Of a DNA stretch of 49,850 nucleotides, positions 1-9,065 are shown in pieces. Each line of letters begins with the position of its first letter. Positions within the stretch are counted from its first letter, which is position 1. Source of the DNA: a virus (Duplodnaviria; Caudoviricetes). The notes under the pieces were generated by a model, which was given only the letters and a program-made list of their open reading frames with translations, did no database searches and was not told the origin of the DNA. The position numbers and the translations under genes were made by a program. The stretch spans positions 1 to 49,850 of IMG/VR virus record IMGVR_UViG_3300048577_000528; one strand, 5' to 3'.

Positions 1-2
1 GC

Positions 3-215
3 TTATACCTCCGTGCTGTTCCAGACGGTATTCCAGTCGGTGCCGTCGAAGATCAGAGAGCCGACGATCGTCTTTGTTTCGGCATCCTTCAACAGAATGC
101 TGCTGCCCGGTCCGCACTCGTCAGCTGTTGGGTATATAGATTTATCATCTGTTGTATGAAAGAAATACTGCTTTGTGTTGCCTCCGGTGGTTACGCCGTA
201 TTGTTTCTTTGGCAT
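3..215 (-). CDS. Small phage hypothetical protein downstream of the tail fibre module
   Basis: 70 aa ORF with a GAGGGGG RBS upstream; co-oriented with the late operon. Confidence 0.6.
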   Translation of the reverse strand: MPKKQYGVTTGGNTKQYFFHTTDDKSIYPTADECGPGSSILLKDAETKTIVGSLIFDGTDWNTVWNSTEV

Positions 216-228
216 AATAGTACCCCCT

Positions 229-258
229 CAAATAAAATACCGCCCGGAGGCGGTTATT
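229..258 (-). terminator. Intrinsic terminator
   Basis: On - strand: ACCGCC-TCCG-GGCGGT stem followed by ATTTTATTT. Confidence 0.6.
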
Positions 259-364
259 GGTTGTCGGCGTCAAGCAGCGCTTGAACCTCGGCGCGCCAGC
301 GAGGCGGAACCATCTGAATCGTGCGCAGCCCGGCCTGAATGAGATCATAGTATAACTTCACCAT
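254..364 (-). CDS. CD1375/XkdX-like small phage protein (36 aa, absent from the ORF track)
   Basis: Manual translation MVKLYYDLIQAGLRTIQMVPPRWRAEVQALLDADNQ; the Y..LI..G..T...VP..WR..V pattern; GGAGG RBS; usual position after the fibre genes. Confidence 0.75.
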   Translation of the reverse strand: MVKLYYDLIQAGLRTIQMVPPRWRAEVQALLDADNQ

Positions 365-365
365 G

Positions 366-671
366 TTATGTTCCTCCGTTCATGGCGGCCATTGCTTCCG
401 CCAACTCGGCAATAGCCAGCTTGATTTCAAGAATAGGATCCATCTGCGGCGCCGGCTGTGCAGACTCGCAAGCCGCACGAGCTTCGGGGTTGTCCTCGAT
501 ACCGACAATTTGTCCATCGTCCAGCGAGATAGTCACGAAGGGCTTGTACAGCTCCCATGCAGAGATGAGATTATCGGGTACAATAGCCCAACCTTCAGGA
601 AGGACTGATATATTGCTGGTCTGGTTTTTATGAGCTCCGTTGCTGTCTGGTGTCAGTTTAACAATTGTCAT
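366..671 (-). CDS. Tail fibre-associated protein (assembly/chaperone-like)
   Basis: Directly follows the fibre gene; C-terminal EIKLAIAELAEAM helix is typical of genes preceding CD1375/XkdX. Confidence 0.6.
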   Translation of the reverse strand: MTIVKLTPDSNGAHKNQTSNISVLPEGWAIVPDNLISAWELYKPFVTISLDDGQIVGIEDNPEARAACESAQPAPQMDPILEIKLAIAELAEAMAAMNGGT

Positions 672-680
672 ATACTCTCC

Positions 681-1691
681 TTATCCGATGGCCACCCAAT
701 AAAAAGTACTTCCATTTATATTCATCTGATCTGACACAGAACTGTTGTGATACCAGCTTGTCGTAGACCCCCATGATATAACGCACTCATGGCCGCTGGA
801 AGCCTCCGCAACAGGTTGAAGCGACGGTATGGGATTGATTGCTATTTTTTTCCCGCCACCGCTATATAGTTCCCACATGACAATAAAAAGCTTCGGTGTA
901 AAACCGATTATCGCAGAACACGGGTTACCCGCGCCGTAGCTACCTGTGCCTACATATGAACCTGTTACTATTCGTGATCTGTTGGATATCAAATTTTGTA
1001 CAAAAGCGGTTGTTGCGACGCTCGTATCATTATCGCCGCTGTCGGGCGTCGGCGCTGTCGGGTTCCCGGTAAAGGCCGGCGAAGCAAGCGGCGCTTTCGC
1101 AGCCAACGCGTTAACCATCGTTGTGGCGAAGTTCGGATCGTCTCCAAGGGCTGCCGCCAGCTCATTAAGAGTGTCGAGCGCGCCCGGTGCCGAATCAAGC
1201 AGCGCCGCGATGGCCGCCATCACATAAGCCGTTGTAGCAAGCCGGGTGCTGTTATTCCCAGGCGATTGCGTGGGCGCCGTCGGATTGCCGGTTAGTGCCG
1301 GAGATGCAAGCGGTGCTTTTACTGCGAACAATGCCGCATGCGCGGCAGCATCCGCAGCGTGACCAGATACCGCCGCTGCCGGCGCATCTCCCGCCGCCAC
1401 GTCACCCGCTCCGGTACCGATGTTTTTAAACGCCGCGCCCCCGAGATCGGCAAGCCACTTCATGATTTTCCCGAATAGCACCGAGTGTTTTTCTCCGGTG
1501 GCGATGCTCGTCCTGGTTGCCGCCTGCGTGAAAGCGGCCGTCACGTCTGAGCCATCGCCTGTTTTATCCAGTTTAGCAAAGAGCGCGGCGTCGATCTTGG
1601 TGTTATCTTCGACAAAATCAAGCCGTTTCGGATATTCGTTTTCCTGCCATTGATTGAGGTCATAATGATCGGTTCTGTTTACGGCCGGCAT
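681..1691 (-). CDS. Tail fibre / receptor-binding protein
   Basis: N-terminal baseplate-anchor motif (NRTDHYDLNQW...DNTKIDAAL); two KAPLASPA.TGNPTAPT repeats; APGALDTLNELAAALGDDPNFATT fibre motif; C-terminal tip ending YWVAIG. Confidence 0.85.
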   Translation of the reverse strand: MPAVNRTDHYDLNQWQENEYPKRLDFVEDNTKIDAALFAKLDKTGDGSDVTAAFTQAATRTSIATGEKHSVLFGKIMKWLADLGGAAFKNIGTGAGDVAAGDAPAAAVSGHAADAAAHAALFAVKAPLASPALTGNPTAPTQSPGNNSTRLATTAYVMAAIAALLDSAPGALDTLNELAAALGDDPNFATTMVNALAAKAPLASPAFTGNPTAPTPDSGDNDTSVATTAFVQNLISNRSRIVTGSYVGTGSYGAGNPCSAIIGFTPKLFIVMWELYSGGGKKIAINPIPSLQPVAEASSGHECVISWGSTTSWYHNSSVSDQMNINGSTFYWVAIG

Positions 1692-1695
1692 GTTA

Positions 1696-2244
1696 TCACT
1701 CCCTGTAAATTTCAAAATCAGCCCAGGGCATATTCAACGCGTCCCAGACGGCCCAGGTCTTGTTATAGGTATCGAATTCGTCCCAGGTCATGAAGATAAA
1801 GACGTAGACATAGGCCAGGTGCGCCGGCTTTATGTCATTGAGCGCTGCGGTCAGGTCGTCAATGTTCGGCGGGATACCGATGGTACCGACAAACTTGATG
1901 TCAAACGCGAATTCCTCCGGCGGATGCTCGATGACATCGACCAGGCCATTGGAAAAGCTCTCCGCAACCGCTTTGACCATATCCTTGGTCGTTGTACCCG
2001 CGCCGCGCAGCTTGCTCAGGATCCTGGTGCGTCGGAATTCTTCACTTTTCGTCGCATCGGTTGGCAAACCAAGCTGCTGTTCCCACAAGGCAAGCCCCCA
2101 GCCTGCCGTATGGACGTTCAGCTGCAGGAGCAGCGCATCCCTGTCGGCTTTCAACCTGTCAATCCAGTAATCGAAAGCCTCCTGCAGCTTTTCAACAGGC
2201 GTGACGCCCTTATAAAACTCCGGGAGCAGATCGACAAGCGGCAT
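1696..2244 (-). CDS. Baseplate wedge protein, XkdU/YmfQ (DUF2313) family
   Basis: TAGWGLALWEQQLGL, RRTRILSKLRG and IKPAHL motifs; follows baseplate J. Confidence 0.85.
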   Translation of the reverse strand: MPLVDLLPEFYKGVTPVEKLQEAFDYWIDRLKADRDALLLQLNVHTAGWGLALWEQQLGLPTDATKSEEFRRTRILSKLRGAGTTTKDMVKAVAESFSNGLVDVIEHPPEEFAFDIKFVGTIGIPPNIDDLTAALNDIKPAHLAYVYVFIFMTWDEFDTYNKTWAVWDALNMPWADFEIYRE

Positions 2245-3287
2245 CAGCTGATCACCACCGTTCCCCGGACCGGCACCTCATCGTCGTCCACGGATACATT
2301 GACCGTCCCGCCGTTGACCGTCAGTGAGACGATATCGGTCACGCCCCGGACAGCCATCAGGAGATAGGCAATCTTATAGTAAGCAATGACAGGTGTCTCC
2401 GAAGCGCCTTCGTCCTTCAGATACGCATCCAGTGCAGTTTCAAACGCCGTTTTGACATCCGCGAGGGTTGTCCCTTCAATATCGACATTGGCCGTCACAT
2501 CGATATCAAGGCCAACGGCGCTCAGGACGGTTACTGTCGGCCCGATGGGCCGCGCCGTTTCAATAGCCGCGGCGCAGGCCGTAGCAACGGAAGATTCTAC
2601 CGGTCCGCCGTCGGCGCCCATGAGCAGGACCTTCACGGTACCGGGCCCGTCCCATATCGGAACAACCTTCGCGCCTCCGACGCCTTCAACGGCCATCGCC
2701 CATTGACGGTAATCCGCGGCGTTGCCGGAGGTACCCCGATTCTTTAGAAAGTCGGCTAAACGGCGTACCAGCGCCGTATCTGTTTCGGCATCCGTGCCGT
2801 TCGCCGCCGCCAGGTTTGAAAAGCTGGCCAACCCGCTCAGGCTGTTCAGCTGAATCGCAATCGCACCGGCGTCCACATTGTACTGCGCCCCGATCTCCAC
2901 GGCCGTCGCCGTCACGCTGGCCGTGCCGCCGGTGACAGTGACTGCTTCGTTCGTCTCATACTGCAGGCCCGTTGCCGTCAGGAATACCTTACCCGCCGGT
3001 ATCACCGTGCCGTCCGTGCCGGTGAAATTCATGGTGACTGTCGCCTTCGCGCCGGGTTTACGCGTGATGCCGTACTCGGCGGTCCTTTTGTCAATAAACT
3101 CCCCGCTCGTTTCGTCAACAAACGCAATCGGCACCACCGCGTCCAGCGACTGATACACCTTGGCGATCTCCAAAGCGGCGGCACTGATCATATCGCGGAC
3201 AAAGCTGCCCTCCCGGGTATCAATATCGGCGCTGACCCGGCTGATAATATCGGCCTTGACATATTCGGGCGTAATCCCTTCAAACAC
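2244..3287 (-). CDS. Baseplate J/gp47 (XkdT-like) protein
   Basis: DTREGS, G.D.ETD..L..R, SGNAADYRQWA and GPGTVKV motifs. Confidence 0.92.
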   Translation of the reverse strand: MFEGITPEYVKADIISRVSADIDTREGSFVRDMISAAALEIAKVYQSLDAVVPIAFVDETSGEFIDKRTAEYGITRKPGAKATVTMNFTGTDGTVIPAGKVFLTATGLQYETNEAVTVTGGTASVTATAVEIGAQYNVDAGAIAIQLNSLSGLASFSNLAAANGTDAETDTALVRRLADFLKNRGTSGNAADYRQWAMAVEGVGGAKVVPIWDGPGTVKVLLMGADGGPVESSVATACAAAIETARPIGPTVTVLSAVGLDIDVTANVDIEGTTLADVKTAFETALDAYLKDEGASETPVIAYYKIAYLLMAVRGVTDIVSLTVNGGTVNVSVDDDEVPVRGTVVIS

Positions 3288-3738
3288 TGACAGGCACCTC
3301 CCCATAAACAGTTTTCAGCTTGCCGGAGACAGAAAGACAGCCGTCGTTAAAAAGGACGCTGACGTCAACAACATCCTTGATGTAAGGATTGACGATCAGG
3401 CACTCCCGAATCAGGCGGGCAGCCTCCGCTCTCTTTAACTCCTCAGTGAACGGCTTTCCGATCAGCAGGACAGCATCGTTGCCGTAATACCAGGAATAGA
3501 TTTCATACCGAAGCCGCGGCGTCTGAAGGGCCTTCCACGCCCACACAGCAACCGCTTCCGCGCCCTCGACGAGCACAGGCACGCCGTTGACCGTGACCGG
3601 CACCCCACCGGCATCATAAGGGATGCCGTTCAGAAATACCGGTTTGTTGTTCGTGAAGTCCCACTTGATTTCCTTATAAAGCGGCAACGCCGTGTCCACG
3701 GCGGCAGTCTGCGGCTGAATTATCGGAAACAAACTCAC
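3280..3738 (-). CDS. XkdS-like (DUF2634) baseplate/sheath initiator protein
   Basis: EIKWDF, EAVAVWAWKALQTPRLRYEIYSWYYG, IRECLIVNPYI and TVYGEV motifs. Confidence 0.85.
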   Translation of the reverse strand: MSLFPIIQPQTAAVDTALPLYKEIKWDFTNNKPVFLNGIPYDAGGVPVTVNGVPVLVEGAEAVAVWAWKALQTPRLRYEIYSWYYGNDAVLLIGKPFTEELKRAEAARLIRECLIVNPYIKDVVDVSVLFNDGCLSVSGKLKTVYGEVPVSV

Positions 3739-4088
3739 ACGCTCACCACCTTGCATAAAACATAAAACATTTGGACGTCCGTCGTCAGCAGCAGAACGAT
3801 ATCGCCGACGGCCAACGCCGGCGTAAGCGCCGCCGTGCCGGACAGGGTCCCGTCCGTGACTGCCACGGCCGGCATGCCGGAAAGCGAACCGGACAAGCCC
3901 GACAGGGTAACTGCACCCTCATGCTGCAGCAACGCGGCGTTCACCATCAGCTCCGGGCCCGACAGCTCAACGCCTTCAACATAGATCGAAAGCGGCGACA
4001 GGCTCCGGACAGTACCGGGATACATCAATAATTGAGCGCCGCTGACGCTCATCATCCTGGCCAGGGTGGAATACGGGTTATCTTCCAC
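3735..4088 (-). CDS. XkdR-like (DUF2577) baseplate/spike protein
   Basis: GTVRSLSPLSI, LAVGDIVLL and FYVLCKV motifs; synteny; GTG start after AGGAGG. Confidence 0.75.
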   Translation of the reverse strand: MEDNPYSTLARMMSVSGAQLLMYPGTVRSLSPLSIYVEGVELSGPELMVNAALLQHEGAVTLSGLSGSLSGMPAVAVTDGTLSGTAALTPALAVGDIVLLLTTDVQMFYVLCKVVSV

Positions 4089-4108
4089 GGGGCATCCTCC
4101 TTGTGTTG

Positions 4109-5095
4109 TCATGAAACGAGGTCGCCGACCTCCTGCTCATCCATGATGCGCTCGAAGTTGACGATTAGCTTATTAAAATACAATCCGTTTTTCCAGGTAT
4201 GAACGTCGCTGTCGATATAAAAAAGACCGTACAGCCCCGTGTACGGTTCCTCGACAATGACGGCGTTGCCTGTGATGCATCGGGCGTCACCCAGGTTATT
4301 CAGTGTGATCTTCTGGCTCTCTCCGTTGTCCGCCAGCAGCTTATTCGCCTCTGCCAAAACATCTCTGCCGGCAGCCTGTTTAAGCTGCCGCTGCAGCAGC
4401 CTGTATTGCTTGATGAAGGTCTCATTCTTCACGGTTTTGAGGACTTGGCCGGTGCTGTCAACAATCTGCACCTGGTTCACCATGTCCAGGACGCTCTCCG
4501 TCGTGGACGCGGATATGAGGTTTGATCCGCCTTTAATGATCACCGTGTCGCTGTTGACGCCCTTTTTCACAACGCACAGGCTGTCGCCTTCAAAACGGAC
4601 CTGATAATACTCTCCGTTTTGCTGGGACGCCAGCGTGTAAGCCGTCTGTATAATTTGATACAAACTACTGGCAATAAATATCCGGCTGACCTGCACCCCG
4701 GTTTCGGCGATGGGGCCAATCTTGATATCGAAGTCAGCACAGACGCGCCGGGTAATAGCCTCCGGCGTCATGTTGACAAATTTATAGGACGCTTCATTTT
4801 TCTTTACATAAAAACCCCTGTCGTAACAGGCAACATCAATGATGCTGCTTTCGGTGCTCTTCGTCCGTGACAGGATGTAGCCGTCAAACCGTGTAAGGCT
4901 GTCTTCCGCCAGCAGGACGCCGCTGCCGTTCGGGCACGGGATAACCGGAATGTATTTGTCCGTCGACGACGACAGAAGGCCGAAATCAAGCGTTCGGGCA
5001 CACTGCTTGTAGTCACCGCTCCAGGTTGTCGTCTGCACCAGCTGAGTGGCGTCGACAGTCCCGTCTGCCGTCGTGATGCTGGTTTTAATGGCCAT
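4109..5095 (-). CDS. XkdQ/YqbQ-like baseplate hub (late control D) protein
   Basis: TWSGDYKQCARTLDF, YD..FYVKKNE.SYKF and GLFYIDSDVHTWKNG motifs; start refined to ATG 5095. Confidence 0.85.
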   Translation of the reverse strand: MAIKTSITTADGTVDATQLVQTTTWSGDYKQCARTLDFGLLSSSTDKYIPVIPCPNGSGVLLAEDSLTRFDGYILSRTKSTESSIIDVACYDRGFYVKKNEASYKFVNMTPEAITRRVCADFDIKIGPIAETGVQVSRIFIASSLYQIIQTAYTLASQQNGEYYQVRFEGDSLCVVKKGVNSDTVIIKGGSNLISASTTESVLDMVNQVQIVDSTGQVLKTVKNETFIKQYRLLQRQLKQAAGRDVLAEANKLLADNGESQKITLNNLGDARCITGNAVIVEEPYTGLYGLFYIDSDVHTWKNGLYFNKLIVNFERIMDEQEVGDLVS

Positions 5096-5099
5096 CACA

Positions 5100-5834
5100 T
5101 CACCCCGCGTTTTTGTATACAGAATATTTCTCGATATACACGGCTGATCGATTTTTAATAAGGCCCGGTTCCGTAAAGGAGCACGTGACCCTGGTGCCTT
5201 TGAGCGTTTCAATGTCCGGCAGCGTCAGGACCTGCCCGGTCCGGATAAGGTTTGCGTTCGTGAGCTTGTTGTAGCTGGCCAGCTGCGGATACAGCGACGG
5301 TTCGCCGTAGAACCGCCGGCAGATCGCCGAAAGCGTATCACCGGCGACAACCGTATAAGTATTGGCCGCAGCGGCGGCAGTCGCTGTCGTTGTCGTTGTT
5401 CTGCTGCTGCTCTCGGTGGCCGAGGTGGTGACTACCGTCAGTTCACGGTACCCGCGCAGAGATAAACCGGCATAGACATCCCCGGTGCCGTCCTGTTCCC
5501 CGTATTCGATTTCCTCCAGCAGCACAGGAATATTCACCGAGGTGTCTGAAATGATGAAACGCAGCGCGGTTTTCGCTTCAATCCAAGCTCGGAACTGCTG
5601 GACATAACTGTAAGGGTCCGCTGTGTTTGCCTCGGGCTGCACAAAAGGATAAGCGTGCGCCGGGAACATGCAGTCGATCCGGAGGGCCGGCAGTGTACCG
5701 TATCCCGCAATATTCACGTCACCGAGCTCGTGAATATTAACTGTTTCGATTTTGTTCCCATATGGTACCCTGAAGCTGTCAGGCGTCACAGGAATAACCA
5801 GCTCTGTGGCACCGTCCGTAAATATAAACTTCAC
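5100..5834 (-). CDS. XkdP-like LysM-domain tail tube initiator
   Basis: IPVTP N-terminus, Thr/Ala linker, LysM YTVVAGDTLSAICRRFYG...NLIRTGQVLTLP. Confidence 0.9.
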   Translation of the reverse strand: MKFIFTDGATELVIPVTPDSFRVPYGNKIETVNIHELGDVNIAGYGTLPALRIDCMFPAHAYPFVQPEANTADPYSYVQQFRAWIEAKTALRFIISDTSVNIPVLLEEIEYGEQDGTGDVYAGLSLRGYRELTVVTTSATESSSRTTTTTATAAAAANTYTVVAGDTLSAICRRFYGEPSLYPQLASYNKLTNANLIRTGQVLTLPDIETLKGTRVTCSFTEPGLIKNRSAVYIEKYSVYKNAG

Positions 5835-5844
5835 CGAGATCCTC

Positions 5845-7935
5845 CTATTCTACAGATAATGCCATCGCCCGGGATATTTCTTTGGCCAGCTTCTGCGCAA
5901 CCTTGTCTACATCAGCCTCTTCCCTGATGGCGAAAGAATTGCCGCTGACTTTTACGGTCACCCCGGACCCGTAGCCCCTGTTCTCACTGGCCGTCAATAC
6001 CCGCTCGCCCTCATGGAGAATCGCCGGGAAATTGTCATAGGGGACGTAGGGCATGCCATAAGCGTATGCCGGCATTGTAAATGTGCCTTTAAACCCGCCT
6101 TCGGCACCATTCACAAATGTTGACGCATACATATCATCGACGGCCTTAACCATGCCCTTGGAAAACTGAACGCCCATTTCATAACCGAAGCTGTAGTAAG
6201 CGTCATTGACGCTCGCATTGTTTCTCAACTCCTCAACGAGAGATAATTGCGAATCCTGGTATATTTGGCCCAGTTCGCTAGAGTTATAGAAGCTTTGCGC
6301 CATGGCCTCTGCCAGAGCTTTCACCTCAATGAGATCAGCCTGAGCGGCGGCTGCTGCCGATGTGTTTCCGCTTTTCTCTGCTTCATAAAGCGCCGTCTGT
6401 GCTAGTTTATATTTCGTAATGAGCCCTTGCACTTGGTCACGATCCGTTGAATCAGTAATGCTGTCCACAACCCGACCCGAAAGTAATGAGGAAATGACGT
6501 CTCTTTTCAAACGGGCCTGTTCGCCTTCCAGCGCTGCTTGATATTGCCCCATTTCATAATTCCACATTTCCAGCGCTGTAGCATTGTCCTCCATCCATGC
6601 AGTCTGTTCCTCAAGTTCAATGATCTTTGTATCGTTATAGCCCTCGCCCATGGCATTGTTGAGATTCGCCTGGGCATCCGCCAGCGTGCTGGTTAACCCG
6701 CCGAAGGTCTCCGCCTGCTTTGCCATATTTCCGGTATACGTGTCGCCCATATATTGAGCAATGGCCTGCGCAGCTTCCCCGCCGGGAATCAGGCCCTTGG
6801 AAACCATCTCCTGTATCTGCTCATTGGTTTTCCCCGCGGCCTCCGGCATTTTGGCAATTGCCTTATAGACATCGATGCCGCGCTCCAGCAGCGGATTCAG
6901 GTATTCCATGGTCGTCTTGCCGGTGGTCCGCATGCGGCCCAGATAGGATGCCATATAGGCCATATCCTCGCCGCCCAGCCCGAGCGCGGAGCCAGCGTCG
7001 CCAATGCTGGTCAGCAGTGGCAGGATTTCCTTTTGCTGATACCCGTAAGCCAGCAGAGTCTTGCTGATATTCGCCAGTTCATCATAGGAAAACGGCGTTT
7101 TCGAAGCGAACGCCGTCATTTCTCCGAGGTAAGACCGCGCCGCGTCCTCCCCGCCAAGCAACGTCGCGAATGCAATCATCTTCTGCTCACGATTGGCCGC
7201 AATCCCGGTTCCGCTCTCCAGCGCGTCCTTCTGCGCCTGGATAACGGTGTCGTACTGTGCTTTGTAATATTCCTTGAAGCCTTCATCCTGTTTCTCAAAG
7301 ACCTTGACCGCCCCCTGCACCAGACCGACGACAGTGCCCAGCGCTGCGCCGACAGCAGTACCGATGCCAGGTGCGATGGCCGAACCGATAGCCGCACCCA
7401 TGCCTGCGCCGGAAAGCGCGCTGCCAAAGTAGGTGCCAACTTCATTACCATAAGCGCTGCCGATATAAGTATTGGCAATTTGACTGGCCACATTTCCAAG
7501 ATAAGAGGACGCGCCAGATACGGCAAGTTTGCTCAGAAAGCTGCTGGAACCACCCCCACCGCCGCCACCCGCCCGGTTATCCGCCTTACTGATGGCACTC
7601 GTCATGTTGAGGATGTCTTTTTCTGCTTGCTTTGCGTTTTTAGAAAGAAGCTCAAGGTTCCTTCTGGCGTTCTCATAATCGGCATTTGCCACCATCAGCG
7701 CCATTTTGTCGGCTGCTGACCCTGTCTTTTTAAACTGCTCTTCAGCCTCTTTCAAAGCCGCCTTTGCCTTTAAGGTGTCTATTTTGAGCGTGACCTTATT
7801 TTTGTTGAGCGCATCTAGCTTTGACTGAACACCGGTCAGGTCCGTCCGAAAGGCTTGCGTGCTGTTCCTCATAGAGGTAATAGCGCTGCTGAAATTGTCA
7901 CGCGCGGTGATAGAAATACTGACCGATTTCGCCAT
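5845..7935 (-). CDS. Tape measure protein
   Basis: Ala/Gly-rich helical 696 aa protein with the tape-measure domain FASKTPFSYDEL and C-terminal YVPYDNFPAILHEGERVLT; position after the TAC genes. Confidence 0.93.
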   Translation of the reverse strand: MAKSVSISITARDNFSSAITSMRNSTQAFRTDLTGVQSKLDALNKNKVTLKIDTLKAKAALKEAEEQFKKTGSAADKMALMVANADYENARRNLELLSKNAKQAEKDILNMTSAISKADNRAGGGGGGGSSSFLSKLAVSGASSYLGNVASQIANTYIGSAYGNEVGTYFGSALSGAGMGAAIGSAIAPGIGTAVGAALGTVVGLVQGAVKVFEKQDEGFKEYYKAQYDTVIQAQKDALESGTGIAANREQKMIAFATLLGGEDAARSYLGEMTAFASKTPFSYDELANISKTLLAYGYQQKEILPLLTSIGDAGSALGLGGEDMAYMASYLGRMRTTGKTTMEYLNPLLERGIDVYKAIAKMPEAAGKTNEQIQEMVSKGLIPGGEAAQAIAQYMGDTYTGNMAKQAETFGGLTSTLADAQANLNNAMGEGYNDTKIIELEEQTAWMEDNATALEMWNYEMGQYQAALEGEQARLKRDVISSLLSGRVVDSITDSTDRDQVQGLITKYKLAQTALYEAEKSGNTSAAAAAQADLIEVKALAEAMAQSFYNSSELGQIYQDSQLSLVEELRNNASVNDAYYSFGYEMGVQFSKGMVKAVDDMYASTFVNGAEGGFKGTFTMPAYAYGMPYVPYDNFPAILHEGERVLTASENRGYGSGVTVKVSGNSFAIREEADVDKVAQKLAKEISRAMALSVE

Positions 7936-7960
7936 AATGTACCACCTCTATATAACTTCA

Positions 7961-7990
7961 TAGAAAAACCCCGCCTTCCGGCGGGGTTTT
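7961..7990. terminator. Bidirectional intrinsic terminator closing the moron
   Basis: AAAACCCCGCC-TTCC-GGCGGGGTTTT perfect inverted repeat with A/T tracts on both sides. Confidence 0.8.
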
Positions 7991-8005
7991 GATGCTGTTA
8001 CTTCC

Positions 8006-8194
8006 CTAATGATTCAAATATACAATGAAAATGGCCAGCCCTATTAAACTGCAGATAATACTAGCCGCAGCGTAACGCATTGAGCGTTGCCGCGCAAGCT
8101 GTACGCTTGTATCTGTGTACTTAATATGCCAGGAAGCCCATTTAAAAGCTGTGATAAAGGCCGTGACAAGCAATATGACAAACAATACCAGCAT
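8006..8194 (-). CDS. Small two-TM membrane protein (moron cargo)
   Basis: 62 aa with two hydrophobic segments; GGAGG RBS; AT-rich. Confidence 0.7.
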   Translation of the reverse strand: MLVLFVILLVTAFITAFKWASWHIKYTDTSVQLARQRSMRYAAASIICSLIGLAIFIVYLNH

Positions 8195-8219
8195 GACTTC
8201 CTCCAGTATGGTATGATGT

Positions 8220-8393
8220 TTATTTTTTCGAAGCCAAAAGCAGATGGATGCCTTTTCTGATAGCCTCGCCTTTCGTTATGCCGTTTTTTTCACAGTACGC
8301 CTTGAGCTTAAACTCTGTTTCGGCATCAAGTCGAATGCTGTATTTAATCTCTTTGGCATTCTCCACCTTTGGCCTGCCTGTTCGTGGGCTCAT
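8220..8393 (-). CDS. CopG/ribbon-helix-helix transcriptional regulator (absent from the ORF track)
   Basis: Manual translation MSPRTGRPKVENAKEIKYSIRLDAETEFKLKAYCEKNGITKGEAIRKGIHLLLASKK; AGGTGAT RBS. Confidence 0.85.
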   Translation of the reverse strand: MSPRTGRPKVENAKEIKYSIRLDAETEFKLKAYCEKNGITKGEAIRKGIHLLLASKK

Positions 8394-8403
8394 CATATCA
8401 CCT

Positions 8404-8450
8404 ACTTATTGCCACACATAAAGTATATTATATGTGTGGCAATAAGTCAA
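8404..8450 (-). promoter_or_regulatory. SigA promoter overlapped by a perfect 17-bp inverted-repeat operator
   Basis: - strand TTGACT-17 bp-TATACT; arms ACTTATTGCCACACATA (8404-8420) and TATGTGTGGCAATAAGT (8431-8447). Confidence 0.85.
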
Positions 8451-8487
8451 GAGGCTAATTAGGCGTCTTTTTGCATTAGAAAAGATC

Positions 8488-8693
8488 TTATCGCCGCCTG
8501 ACCTGAATATCCCGTTTATTATATCGGGCGCCGCGCGGACCCGGCGTGTTTTTTCTGATTTGCATGTGCTTTTCAAAAAAGGCACGTATTACAACCTTTT
8601 CGCCCTCCGGCAGATTGTAATACATGCCCGGCAGGATGCTGTGCTCGATAAAAAGATAGTACAGCAGCTGTGTCTCATAATCCTCGTCTAGTT
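8488..8693 (-). CDS. -1 frameshift extension of the tail assembly chaperone (gpGT-like)
   Basis: -1 frame after the A9C slippery run reads KLDEDYETQLLYYLFIEHSILPGMYYNLPEGEKVVIRAFFEKHMQ...RRR*. Confidence 0.8.
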
Positions 8694-9065
8694 TTTTTTT
8701 ATCTCCTCCAGCACCGTCACCCGGTACCCGGAGAGCTGCTCGATGGTTTTGGAGATCGTCTCAATTTCGCCGGGCAGCAGGAGCTTTTTGACAAGCTCCG
8801 CCGGCGTCCCGGCGCCGTATTTTTCAAGCAGCGCCTTGTCCTTGAGGTTCGGTTCAACAACGCCGGCCAGCAGGATGTGAACCGGCAAATCCTCCGTGAT
8901 GCTGGTGCTGATGTCGTATGCCTTGCTGTAGGGCATAGCCTTCAGCTTGAAAACCACCGGCTCCCCACACAACTGGCTGAGGCGCTTGACCTTGTATTCC
9001 TTTTCCGGCAGCTTTGCCACAGCTGCCGGGTCGGCTTTCAGCAGGAGGTCCAGAACATTCTCCAT
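8688..9065 (-). CDS. XkdN-like tail assembly chaperone
   Basis: GVVEPNLKD, LVKKLLLPGEI and EQLSGY motifs; ends EIKKN at the slippery site. Confidence 0.9.
   Translation of the reverse strand: MENVLDLLLKADPAAVAKLPEKEYKVKRLSQLCGEPVVFKLKAMPYSKAYDISTSITEDLPVHILLAGVVEPNLKDKALLEKYGAGTPAELVKKLLLPGEIETISKTIEQLSGYRVTVLEEIKKN

Noticed and set aside
681-990. Tail fibre C-terminus as a diversity-generating retroelement variable region
   Set aside because: No reverse transcriptase or template-repeat copy seen in this window; cannot be excluded beyond the left edge
1045-1320. Direct repeat in the tail fibre as an invertible or shufflon site
   Set aside because: Protein-level KAPLASP fibre repeats in direct orientation; no invertase nearby
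8244-8462. 72 aa + strand ORF from the track
   Set aside because: Antisense to a clear RHH gene that has its own promoter and RBS on the - strand
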